Position numbers and translations under genes: made by a program. Under the pieces are notes generated by a model. That model was not told where the DNA came from. It was given only the letters and a program-made list of their open reading frames with translations, and searched no databases. This document shows positions 45,795 through 53,572 of a stretch of DNA of 53,572 nt, piece by piece. Each line of letters starts with the position of its first letter. Within the stretch, counting starts at the first letter, position 1. The stretch comes from a virus. Lineage: Duplodnaviria; Caudoviricetes. The stretch is from the IMG/VR virus record IMGVR_UViG_3300028399_000009, positions 1-53,572 of that record; one strand, written 5' to 3'.

Positions 45795-47678
45795 ATGGAA
45801 ACATGGAAACCTAAAAGGAATGTAATTAGCTGGAATAAGATCAGAAAGCTATATATGGATATTGAAACATCAGGGTTGAATGTTGATAAGGATAGGATTT
45901 ATTTTATAGGTCTATTTGATGGTTATAACTATATGTTTATTTATGATGAAAATGAGAAAAAGATTTTATTGAGATTTTTGAATATACTGGGGAATATACA
46001 ACCTGATTTTCTAATAGGTCATAACATATTTTCATTTGATTTACCATTTATTATTAAAAAATGTGAAAAATATAACATAAATATACAGGATTATTTCTGG
46101 ATAAAAAAGGAAGAAAAGAGAGTGCCTTCAACAGATATGGGAGGTAAACCTTTAACTATTACAGATATAAGGAGTAAATATTATCAGATATTAGACACTA
46201 TGGTAGCAGTAGCAAGGTGGGATTTTATAAACAGGAAATTACCATCATATAACCTTAAGGATAGTGTGATAGAGTTAGGTTTAAGGGAAAAGGAAAGGGT
46301 TGAACTTAGTAATCCTCAAATTGTAGAAGCATGGAAAAACAGGAATTATGATCTGATAATGGAATATCTGAGATATGACCTTGTTGATACATATAAGCTG
46401 TCTGAATATTTACATCCATTAGATTACTATCAGCTTAATTATTTACCATCATGGGTTACTCCTCAAATGATATGTCTGATGGGTAATGCAAGTAAATGGG
46501 AAGCTATACTTGAAGATTATTATCTGAATGAGAAGGGATGGAAAAATCTACCTGAGCCTGATGAGAAAGTCAGATTTGAAGGCGCTATTGTAGAGGCTTA
46601 TGAGGGGTTGTATAAAAATGTTGGCAAGGTTGATGTTGCCTCCCTATATCCTAACATTATGCTCAGATACAATATACACTCAGAGAAGGATGAAGATAGG
46701 TATCAGCTAAGAGTTTTAAGATATTTGACATCTGAAAGGTTGAAATTAAAAACATTAGCTAAGCAGGGAAATAAACAGGCAGATCTTAAACAGAATGCTA
46801 TGAAGGTGCTGATTAATAGTGCTTATGGTTTTCTTGGAACTGCTAATATACCCTTTAATGATATGCAGTCTGCTCAGATGGTTACTAAAAAAGGTCAGGA
46901 GATATTAACTATAATGAAGGAAAGTATAGTTGAAAAAGGTGGAATTTTATGTGAACTTGATACTGATGGTCTTATATTTGCTGGAAATGATGAAGAACAT
47001 ATAAAAAGTATTTACAGTTATGTTCAATTCAGAATGCCTGAAGGTTTTGAGGTTGAACTTGAGTTTACTGCTGATGCCTGCTATGTTGCCAATAAAAAGA
47101 ATTATGTTGTTTTCATTAATATTAATGATGAAAAAACTTGGATATATAAGGGGACAAAATTTAGAGGTAGAGATAAGAGTATGATTGAAAAAGATTTTCC
47201 TATAAAATATGTATGGTATTATGCTAAATATGGTATTGATGAAGCTGAAAAATTTTATAAAAATATTTTTAATAAGATAAAAAATAAGGAAATAGATATT
47301 AATTATTTGATAAAGGAAAGAAGGATAAGAAAGGGAGAGAAACAGTTAAGATCAATAGGTAATGAGGGTGATAAGGTTAAATATCTGAAACTACAGGGGG
47401 GTAATTATGGTATTGACAGTAATTATGATGTTGATTATTATTTAGGAATGCTAAGGAAAATGAAAGCTGAAATAAATAAAAACCTTGGAATAGAACAGTA
47501 TATACCCAGTCATTTTTATAAATTTCTGGAATACTGTAAAAATCACAACAAAGATGTGGAATATAGAATATATGCCAATTTTTGCAGGAAGTTTAATATA
47601 GACAGTAGTGAAAAACTGTTAAAGGAAGAATTTGAGAACATCATGAGGAGATTAAGGGATGAGAGGCAGAAGGTTTGA
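45795..47678 (+). CDS. polB: Family B DNA polymerase with proofreading exonuclease
   Basis: DIETSG, GHNIFSFD, YLRYD; DVASLYP, KVLINSAYG, DTDG, KKNY. Confidence 0.95.
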   Translation: METWKPKRNVISWNKIRKLYMDIETSGLNVDKDRIYFIGLFDGYNYMFIYDENEKKILLRFLNILGNIQPDFLIGHNIFSFDLPFIIKKCEKYNINIQDYFWIKKEEKRVPSTDMGGKPLTITDIRSKYYQILDTMVAVARWDFINRKLPSYNLKDSVIELGLREKERVELSNPQIVEAWKNRNYDLIMEYLRYDLVDTYKLSEYLHPLDYYQLNYLPSWVTPQMICLMGNASKWEAILEDYYLNEKGWKNLPEPDEKVRFEGAIVEAYEGLYKNVGKVDVASLYPNIMLRYNIHSEKDEDRYQLRVLRYLTSERLKLKTLAKQGNKQADLKQNAMKVLINSAYGFLGTANIPFNDMQSAQMVTKKGQEILTIMKESIVEKGGILCELDTDGLIFAGNDEEHIKSIYSYVQFRMPEGFEVELEFTADACYVANKKNYVVFININDEKTWIYKGTKFRGRDKSMIEKDFPIKYVWYYAKYGIDEAEKFYKNIFNKIKNKEIDINYLIKERRIRKGEKQLRSIGNEGDKVKYLKLQGGNYGIDSNYDVDYYLGMLRKMKAEINKNLGIEQYIPSHFYKFLEYCKNHNKDVEYRIYANFCRKFNIDSSEKLLKEEFENIMRRLRDERQKV

Positions 47679-48594
47679 GATAGAAGTTAAGTATGCTGTC
47701 ATAGGTAGAAATATATATTCCTATCTGCTTTACAAGATGTTAGGTAAAAATTGTATAGTTATTAATAATAAACAGCCTGTATATGCCTATTCTTATGATT
47801 ACATAATATACCCAACATACCACGTAAGTAAGTTTTTTGATTACTATATGATTGATTACAGAGAGTATAAGCTAACAATAGGATCTGTTAACAGGTTTCC
47901 AAATAAAGAGTATTTACAACATAAGCTTAAAGACTGTAATATACATATACCTGATATACCCTCTGATCCTTTTACTGTTAACTGTATATTACCTTATGAT
48001 ATTTTTAGTAAATACTATATTGATGATGAGATTGAGAAGATAAAAATTCTAACTAATCATTTTCATGTTTATTTAAAAAATAATAAAAATGTTATAAGAT
48101 GTGAGAAGATTTTAAATACATTACCATTAATAGAATTTCTCAAATTAATACCTGAATTAAAACATTTATTAAGGGGTATAAGATATTCAACAACAAGTAA
48201 GCTGACATTTATAGCTATGGATCTGAGGGAGATTGTGCAGAAAACTAAATATGATCTGAACTTTGATTTTAACAGCTATAATTATGATTGTTATAGGAAA
48301 GCAGGTAATATTGTTCTGGGTGAATGTATAGCTCGTCATATTAAACAGATGGATAAAAGATTTAATGAGAATGAAATAATTGAACATGAAAAATATTTCC
48401 TTTTTAATCCTGAACTGAATAAAAAAACTGTTATTAAAAATATTTATAATATTGGCAGATATGCTCAAGTAGTTAATAATTATTCCCTTGATGATTTTAT
48501 TATTGATGTCAGTAAGTTTGAAGATGATGATGTTTATTCCACAGGGTTATTTGATGATAATGAAGGAGATGACAGCTATGACAAAATTAATTAA
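47659..48594 (+). CDS. Degenerate FAD-dependent oxidoreductase-like protein
   Basis: N-terminal YAVIG, central ILNTLPL, C-terminal NIYNIGRYA; GxGxxG not intact. Confidence 0.45.
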   Translation: MRGRRFEIEVKYAVIGRNIYSYLLYKMLGKNCIVINNKQPVYAYSYDYIIYPTYHVSKFFDYYMIDYREYKLTIGSVNRFPNKEYLQHKLKDCNIHIPDIPSDPFTVNCILPYDIFSKYYIDDEIEKIKILTNHFHVYLKNNKNVIRCEKILNTLPLIEFLKLIPELKHLLRGIRYSTTSKLTFIAMDLREIVQKTKYDLNFDFNSYNYDCYRKAGNIVLGECIARHIKQMDKRFNENEIIEHEKYFLFNPELNKKTVIKNIYNIGRYAQVVNNYSLDDFIIDVSKFEDDDVYSTGLFDDNEGDDSYDKIN

Positions 48595-49297
48595 AGTCCA
48601 GATTAAAAAAGTTAAAGGTAATGTTGTTATAACTGATAAAAATGTTTATACCATTTCAAAATTTGCAAGACATATTCCTGAACTTAGAGAAGGATATGAA
48701 TATGAAGTTGAAGTAGATGATAAAAACTTTCTTTATACTGCAAAATTATTGAATGGTGATAAAAAAATAGATGGTTTAATAATAATAGATTTTGAGACAT
48801 CAGGAGTAGATGTAAATAAGCATTATCCCCTATCATTAGGTATGATCATAACAGATAATAATTTGCAGATTGAGAATGTTTACTATACCAAAATTTATGC
48901 TCCTCAACATGATTATGAAAGTGAGGCTTTAAATATTAATAACCTTAAAATAGAAGATGGTAAAAAGGTGGATACTGTTGTGGCTGAACTTAACAGTATT
49001 ATTGGAGATTGGAGAAAATACAGATTAGCAGGATGGAATATTTGTTTTGATTTTATGTTTCTAAAAAAAATGTTTAAAATGGCTGATAAGAAAATAAATG
49101 TTAATTATAATCTTGTTGACATTCAAACCCTTTTCAGTTTTTATTATTATAAACAGACAGGTATATGGAGTATTAAGAGTATGAGAGATGCTTATAAATT
49201 CTTATTTAAATCTGAACTTCCTCAATCTCATAATGCTATTGAAGATTGTTTATTTGAACTGAAAATTTTGAGATATATAATGCTGAACTTTAGCTGA
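48578..49297 (+). CDS. DEDDh 3'-5' exonuclease with extra N-terminal domain
   Basis: IDFETSG, GWNICFD, HNAIED; ATG 48578 behind AAGGAG. Confidence 0.9.
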   Translation: MTKLIKVQIKKVKGNVVITDKNVYTISKFARHIPELREGYEYEVEVDDKNFLYTAKLLNGDKKIDGLIIIDFETSGVDVNKHYPLSLGMIITDNNLQIENVYYTKIYAPQHDYESEALNINNLKIEDGKKVDTVVAELNSIIGDWRKYRLAGWNICFDFMFLKKMFKMADKKINVNYNLVDIQTLFSFYYYKQTGIWSIKSMRDAYKFLFKSELPQSHNAIEDCLFELKILRYIMLNFS

Positions 49298-49393
49298 ACT
49301 TAGAGAAAATTATTAATATTTCCATTTGGGATCATTTTATAAAACTTCTTATCACAAAATTGTTTTTTATCAGGTATTATAAATAATGAGATT

Positions 49394-49413
49394 GAAATTG
49401 ATAATCATTATCA
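49394..49413. promoter_or_regulatory. Fur-box-like operator
   Basis: GAAATTGATAATCATTATC is 17/19 to the canonical Fur box; perfect 7-1-7 TGATAAT-C-ATTATCA at 49399-49413. Confidence 0.6.
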
Positions 49414-49419
49414 TTTAAT

Positions 49420-49486
49420 TATAAGTTCAGCTTATACACACTATAAGAAAAAATATCTTGACAAAATATTGACAGAGATATAAGCT
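49420..49486 (+). promoter_or_regulatory. Promoter with triple-box operator (site D)
   Basis: TATAAG-ttcag-CTTATA-cacac-TATAAG-N10-TTGACA-N17-TAAGCT. Confidence 0.75.
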
Positions 49487-49520
49487 CAAGATGTGAAAAT
49501 TCTGATAAGGAGGTGCAGGC

Positions 49521-49715
49521 ATGCTGAAAAGAAGAGAAAACCTGAAGCGGTTACAGCAGTTGGAAAGACAGAGTAAGATAATATTTTTACAGGATGGGGA
49601 GGGGAGAGAGTTTGTATTTGATAAAGATAATAAAGATTTATATAGAATATACAAAATAAAAATAGAGAATAAGGGAGGGGAGCAAGTATATGTAGATCTA
49701 AGAAAAGTTAATTAG
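49521..49715 (+). CDS. Small early hypothetical protein
   Basis: SD AAGGAGGTGCA. Confidence 0.65.
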   Translation: MLKRRENLKRLQQLERQSKIIFLQDGEGREFVFDKDNKDLYRIYKIKIENKGGEQVYVDLRKVN

Positions 49716-49718
49716 GAG

Positions 49719-50006
49719 GTGTGTGATATGGTAAAGGTTGATCTAAGAAGAAAGATACATAAAGAGATAATAAGACTGTTCTTTTTCTCTGGATTGACTC
49801 CAGAGGAGCTTTTTTATTTTATAAGAGATAATAGTATAGAAGATATAAAAAGATTTTTAGATATTTCAGACATTACAATAGATTATATAAAAAGCCTTAA
49901 TCTATCTTCATTTATGAGTTATTTTTACAAATTTATAACAAATAAACATAAGTATTATAAGCGAAGCAAATTTGCTAAAAATCTTATAAAGGAGGTAAGG
50001 ATATGA
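49719..50006 (+). CDS. Small early hypothetical protein
   Basis: SD AGGAGGTG; likely start ATG 49728. Confidence 0.6.
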   Translation: MCDMVKVDLRRKIHKEIIRLFFFSGLTPEELFYFIRDNSIEDIKRFLDISDITIDYIKSLNLSSFMSYFYKFITNKHKYYKRSKFAKNLIKEVRI

Positions 50007-50206
50007 GGGTAAAGCTTTCTGGTTATGTGGATGGACATATAGACTATGTGAATTTTGAGAAGGAAATAAATAATATAGAAGATCTTATAGGAGGGATAAA
50101 AGAATTTGAGGAAATACAAAAAGATCTAATAGTTGAATTTTGGGATTTGAAATTAGTTGTTTTTAATGAGCAGGGTAAAATAGTTTATTCTTTCAGGTTG
50201 CAATAA
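50003..50206 (+). CDS. Small early hypothetical protein
   Basis: SD AAGGAGGT. Confidence 0.65.
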   Translation: MRVKLSGYVDGHIDYVNFEKEINNIEDLIGGIKEFEEIQKDLIVEFWDLKLVVFNEQGKIVYSFRLQ

Positions 50207-50228
50207 AACTTTTAAAGGAGGTGAAGGT

Positions 50229-50597
50229 ATGATTACAAAGGCTATTGTTCTTTCAGAAGCGGAGTTTAATATGTTGGTTAATGATATTTTTGAGAATTTT
50301 ATTGAAGAACATATTAATGATTATATTGTAGATGATGAGATAATATTCTCCCCTCCTGATGAATTAAAAGATTTTTATAAAAAATTTGAGGATTATATTT
50401 ATGCTGAATATGATTTTATACTTGAAAATGAAGGAGTAGATATGATAATGGTGTATTATAATGATGACTGGAAAGAAATAAACAGAAATGAGGATTTTGT
50501 TTATTTAGTTATAGATAGTTTGGGTATTTTTCAAATTGAAAAATTTATTCAGGATATTGAGGATTACACAGGTTTGGAGGTGGGTATAGATGAGTGA
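50229..50597 (+). CDS. Highly acidic early protein
   Basis: SD AAGGAGGTGA; strongly D/E-rich 122 aa. Confidence 0.7.
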   Translation: MITKAIVLSEAEFNMLVNDIFENFIEEHINDYIVDDEIIFSPPDELKDFYKKFEDYIYAEYDFILENEGVDMIMVYYNDDWKEINRNEDFVYLVIDSLGIFQIEKFIQDIEDYTGLEVGIDE

Positions 50598-50691
50598 TAT
50601 TATAGTTTATTGGTGATACTGTTTATATTTATCCTCATGATGGTAGTTCAGTTTGGTGGATAGTATTTAATTTAAATAAGGAGGTGCAGAC

Positions 50692-50976
50692 ATGAGGTTG
50701 TTAGAGGAATTTACACAAAAATTGAAAATGTTAGAAGATCAGTTAAATAAGAATAATAAGGATTACTTTATATTTATTGAAGGTTTAGGTTGTGATTATA
50801 GACTTAGAATAAAAGTATATCAGTATAAAAATAAAAATGAATTCAAAGAAGTATATAATGAAAAACATATAATAAGTGATAAAAATGTAGAATATATAAT
50901 AAAAGCTAAAAATCTCATAGAAGCAAAGAAAATAAAAAATGAAATTGAAAATCTGATTAAGGAGGTGCTAAAATGA
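50692..50976 (+). CDS. Small early hypothetical protein
   Basis: SD AAGGAGGTGCA. Confidence 0.65.
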   Translation: MRLLEEFTQKLKMLEDQLNKNNKDYFIFIEGLGCDYRLRIKVYQYKNKNEFKEVYNEKHIISDKNVEYIIKAKNLIEAKKIKNEIENLIKEVLK

Positions 50977-51053
50977 TTATAGAGTATATTTTTGATTTAG
51001 TGTTTTTTATGGGGATAGCTGTTATTATTCTTATCTTAATAGACTTAATTTAA
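50973..51053 (+). CDS. 26-aa single-TM peptide MIIEYIFDLVFFMGIAVIILILIDLI (not in ORF track)
   Basis: SD AAGGAGGTG; ATGA coupling; fills the gap exactly. Confidence 0.65.
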   Translation: MIIEYIFDLVFFMGIAVIILILIDLI

Positions 51054-51065
51054 GGAGGTGCAGTT

Positions 51066-51359
51066 ATGAGAAATATAAAAGAAATTTTAAAGGAAATGGA
51101 AGTTATAGACATATTTAAGGACAGTAAAGGCTATTTACTTGTTTTTAATGATAGTTTTTACATTAATAAAGAAAACTGGGGGTATAATATGGTATCAATA
51201 AATAAAAATGGCTGGTATCATTGTCATGGTCATTATTTTCCTGATGAAGATAATAAACATTTAGGAAAAAGAATAAATGTTAATAAAATACCCAAAGATT
51301 TGAAAAAGCTAATTATTGATTATTATGAAACTGTTTATAAGGAGGTGCAAAATGTTTAA
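51066..51359 (+). CDS. Small early hypothetical protein
   Basis: SD AAGGAGGTGCA; HLGKRI....P motif. Confidence 0.65.
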   Translation: MRNIKEILKEMEVIDIFKDSKGYLLVFNDSFYINKENWGYNMVSINKNGWYHCHGHYFPDEDNKHLGKRINVNKIPKDLKKLIIDYYETVYKEVQNV

Positions 51360-51636
51360 AATAGAAGTCATGAAATTTAAACCTTTAGATAAAGATTACT
51401 TTTTAGTTTATTTAGAATTAAACAAATATATTGAAAGTGATAAGTATAATTATGCAAGATTTATTTATATATATGATGATAATAAATTTATAAACATAAG
51501 ACCTAAATATTTTTTAAGTGAGAAATATAAAAAGATATTAGAAAAAGAATTTAGAAAGTTTAATAAAAAGATAAAAAAGGAAATAAATAATATGATAGAT
51601 TTTGTTTATTATACTCTAAAGGAGGTGCAAATATGA
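51352..51636 (+). CDS. Small early hypothetical protein
   Basis: ATG 51352 behind AAGGAGGTGCA. Confidence 0.65.
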   Translation: MFKIEVMKFKPLDKDYFLVYLELNKYIESDKYNYARFIYIYDDNKFINIRPKYFLSEKYKKILEKEFRKFNKKIKKEINNMIDFVYYTLKEVQI

Positions 51637-51824
51637 GAATAAGACTTGTGGTTGTAGAATATGGGAGGGTAATAAAAGAACAAATAACAACAACAGACTG
51701 GTTTATAAAAAAATACACAAATATGACAAAGGAGGAGAAAAAAGAGCTTGAAAAAGAAATAAAAGAAAAAGGTTACACATATTTTGAAATTGATACTTGC
51801 CTTATATATCTTTATGAAGAATAG
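51633..51824 (+). CDS. Small early hypothetical protein
   Basis: SD AAGGAGGTGCA. Confidence 0.65.
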   Translation: MRIRLVVVEYGRVIKEQITTTDWFIKKYTNMTKEEKKELEKEIKEKGYTYFEIDTCLIYLYEE

Positions 51825-51835
51825 GAGGTGCAAGT

Positions 51836-52105
51836 ATGTTTAAAATTTTAGCAGTGGTTACAACTCCAGAAGGGGAAGACATTTTTTCTGAGAAGACAGT
51901 TGACTTTAATGAAATACCTGATGAAATAGTAGATATAATAAATACCTTGCCTGATAATGTAGAATACAGCTTTTATATGGAGGATAAGAAAGGAAATAAA
52001 ACATTTCTTATTAATTCAGATATTGCCAAACTTATTAAGAAAAATAAAATGAAAAAATATATTGATCTTCTGTTAGATGAATGGGTATTTCCTCAGATCA
52101 TATGA
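51836..52105 (+). CDS. Small early hypothetical protein
   Basis: SD AGGAGGTGCA. Confidence 0.65.
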   Translation: MFKILAVVTTPEGEDIFSEKTVDFNEIPDEIVDIINTLPDNVEYSFYMEDKKGNKTFLINSDIAKLIKKNKMKKYIDLLLDEWVFPQII

Positions 52106-52417
52106 ATCCTGAACTTACTGAACTTATAGAGATTTTTTATATGTTCCCCTCCTCTCCTCTCTTCTTTTCTTATCCCTTATTTTAATATTCATATATAAGG
52201 GTATTTTTATATGATTATATAGGATTATTACTTTATCTAAATATAAGGATATTCTTATATTAAATTTTGACATATTACCATATCTGAATATCATAAATGT
52301 CTTATCCCTAAGCTTCATACGTGTGATATAAGGATAAGTATATGATCATACCTGTGGGATAGAAATATGACATAGATCATATAAACAATATAATATATAA
52401 GTAATATACTGTATAGT

Positions 52418-52813
52418 ATGGGAGGAAATAAAAATATAAGGGATCTATTTCAAAAAGAGATAAATATATTTTCTGGGGAGGTAGAATACATATATAAAAA
52501 AATAATAATAACAAATCACAGTATAAAAAGATATAAAGAAAGAATACATAATAATGAAGATATATATTTAGCTCTTATAATAATTGAGCATGATAATATA
52601 ATAAATTTTATAGAAAAAAAAAACATAAATAAATTAGAGGAAGGGGAATTTATTGAATACATAATAAAATATAAAGATATAAAATTTAAGATAGTAATAA
52701 GAAAATGTAAATATAACATAGATAAATATGTGATTAAAACAGTAAAAATATATAATTACATAGATTATAAAATACATAAATATAAATCTCAATCTATTTT
52801 TAATATTAATTAA
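52418..52813 (+). CDS. Hypothetical protein with TxHSxxRYxER motif (possible RelE/BECR-like RNase fold)
   Basis: IIITNHSIKRYKERI and late VIKTV strand. Confidence 0.45.
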   Translation: MGGNKNIRDLFQKEINIFSGEVEYIYKKIIITNHSIKRYKERIHNNEDIYLALIIIEHDNIINFIEKKNINKLEEGEFIEYIIKYKDIKFKIVIRKCKYNIDKYVIKTVKIYNYIDYKIHKYKSQSIFNIN

Positions 52814-52905
52814 TCTCTATAAATCTTCTAATCATCATGAGCAGGAGTATAATATATAAATAGTTTAGAATATAATGAATTGTTTATTATATGACAAAAA
52901 TCATA

Positions 52906-52933
52906 TTGACAAAGTATAAAAGGGTAATAAGAT
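52906..52933 (+). promoter_or_regulatory. Sigma70-like early promoter
   Basis: TTGACA 52906-52911, 16 bp spacer, TAAGAT. Confidence 0.5.
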
Positions 52934-52966
52934 ATAGGGGACAAAATCTTTTAGGAGGTGTCAACC

Positions 52967-53422
52967 ATGGAGAAAGTAAGGGAAGTTAGGAAGACAAGCC
53001 TTACGGAAGTCCTCTCTCTTAATGCGGGAGAGGAATACACATATGATTATTGTATGGGAGGGAAGGTTGACAAGTGGGAGGTAACAATAATTTTGAAAAA
53101 TGGGAGGAAGGTTGATTTACCTATTTATCATGAGTGCCATGAGTATGGGAGTAACCATGATCCTAACTGGGAAAGAGGAGAGAGGAAGTGCATCGGAGAG
53201 GTTTTAAATGAGTTTAATATTAAACCTGAAGATATTAAGGAGGTTATAGTTTATAATTATTATTATTGCAGTTGGGAAGATTATGGGGAGGAGGATAAAG
53301 AGATAATATATATAGTTGAAGATACCTTTAATATAGAAGATATAAGAAGAGAAATAATAGAAAAAATAAAAGATATGAATGAGCAGGATATATTGAATCT
53401 TTATTACAAGTTCTTTTATTAA
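52967..53422 (+). CDS. Acidic early hypothetical protein
   Basis: ATG 52967 behind AGGAGGTG. Confidence 0.7.
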   Translation: MEKVREVRKTSLTEVLSLNAGEEYTYDYCMGGKVDKWEVTIILKNGRKVDLPIYHECHEYGSNHDPNWERGERKCIGEVLNEFNIKPEDIKEVIVYNYYYCSWEDYGEEDKEIIYIVEDTFNIEDIRREIIEKIKDMNEQDILNLYYKFFY

Positions 53423-53438
53423 TCCCCTCCCTTCCCTC

Positions 53439-53572
53439 CCTTTTTATTTTTTTTTTGTTTTCCCACATATAAGAATATTATTATATATTAATTATTTAAT
53501 AATATTGACAAGGTAATAATATGATATATACTGAAGATATGAAAAATTTTAAGGAGGTGATTATCATGAGAA
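53439..53572. repeat. Right copy of terminal direct repeat / circular overlap
   Basis: Matches 1-135 with one T fewer. Confidence 0.95.

Noticed and set aside
34981-47678. Archaeal virus, suggested by the RadB-like ATPase and PolB
   Set aside because: Lysozyme, holin, lipoprotein spanin and TTGACA-type promoters indicate a diderm bacterial host.
1-53572. Alternative genetic code
   Set aside because: Conserved genes are full length under the standard code, and TAA, TAG and TGA all end genes with tight coupling.
1-53572. tRNA or rRNA genes
   Set aside because: No GC-rich cloverleaf or GTTCGA T-loop noticed in intergenic regions; a tRNAscan run would be definitive.

Overview
The window is almost certainly one complete genome of an AT-rich tailed dsDNA phage with siphovirus-type morphogenesis. 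Bases 1-135 recur at 53439-53572, differing by one T in a homopolymer. Layout: (i) packaging, head and tail genes on + (about 3.3-29.3 kb): terminase, HK97-type portal, protease and capsid, tail tube, -1 frameshifted chaperone, 1071-aa tape measure, BR0599/DUF2163-type tip and fibre module; (ii) a replication/recombination operon ending in a four-gene lysis cassette on - (29.3-37.4 kb); (iii) nucleotide metabolism and replication genes on + (37.5-49.3 kb): 5'-3' exonuclease, dimeric dUTPase, ParB-like, ThyX, dCMP deaminase, family B polymerase, DEDDh exonuclease; (iv) small early genes and single-gene cassettes spanning the junction (49.5 kb to 2.3 kb). Two-component spanins imply a diderm host; ThyX and dUTPase style hint at Campylobacterota (inference only). 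No integrase, repressor, tRNA or CRISPR array was seen. Most interesting observations: an acyl carrier protein translationally coupled inside the tail-fibre module; a conserved TATAAG-N5-CTTATA-N5-TATAAG operator before four promoters, with a tandem ribbon-helix-helix candidate regulator; a near-perfect Fur box; a 256-codon ORF antisense to the capsid gene with a perfect phage-type RBS; hairpin-less CCUCC-rich 3' tracts; probable leaderless genes; a CATG-palindrome array beside a second RepA-like ATPase; and strong CG avoidance. All family assignments come from motif recognition by eye, not database searches.
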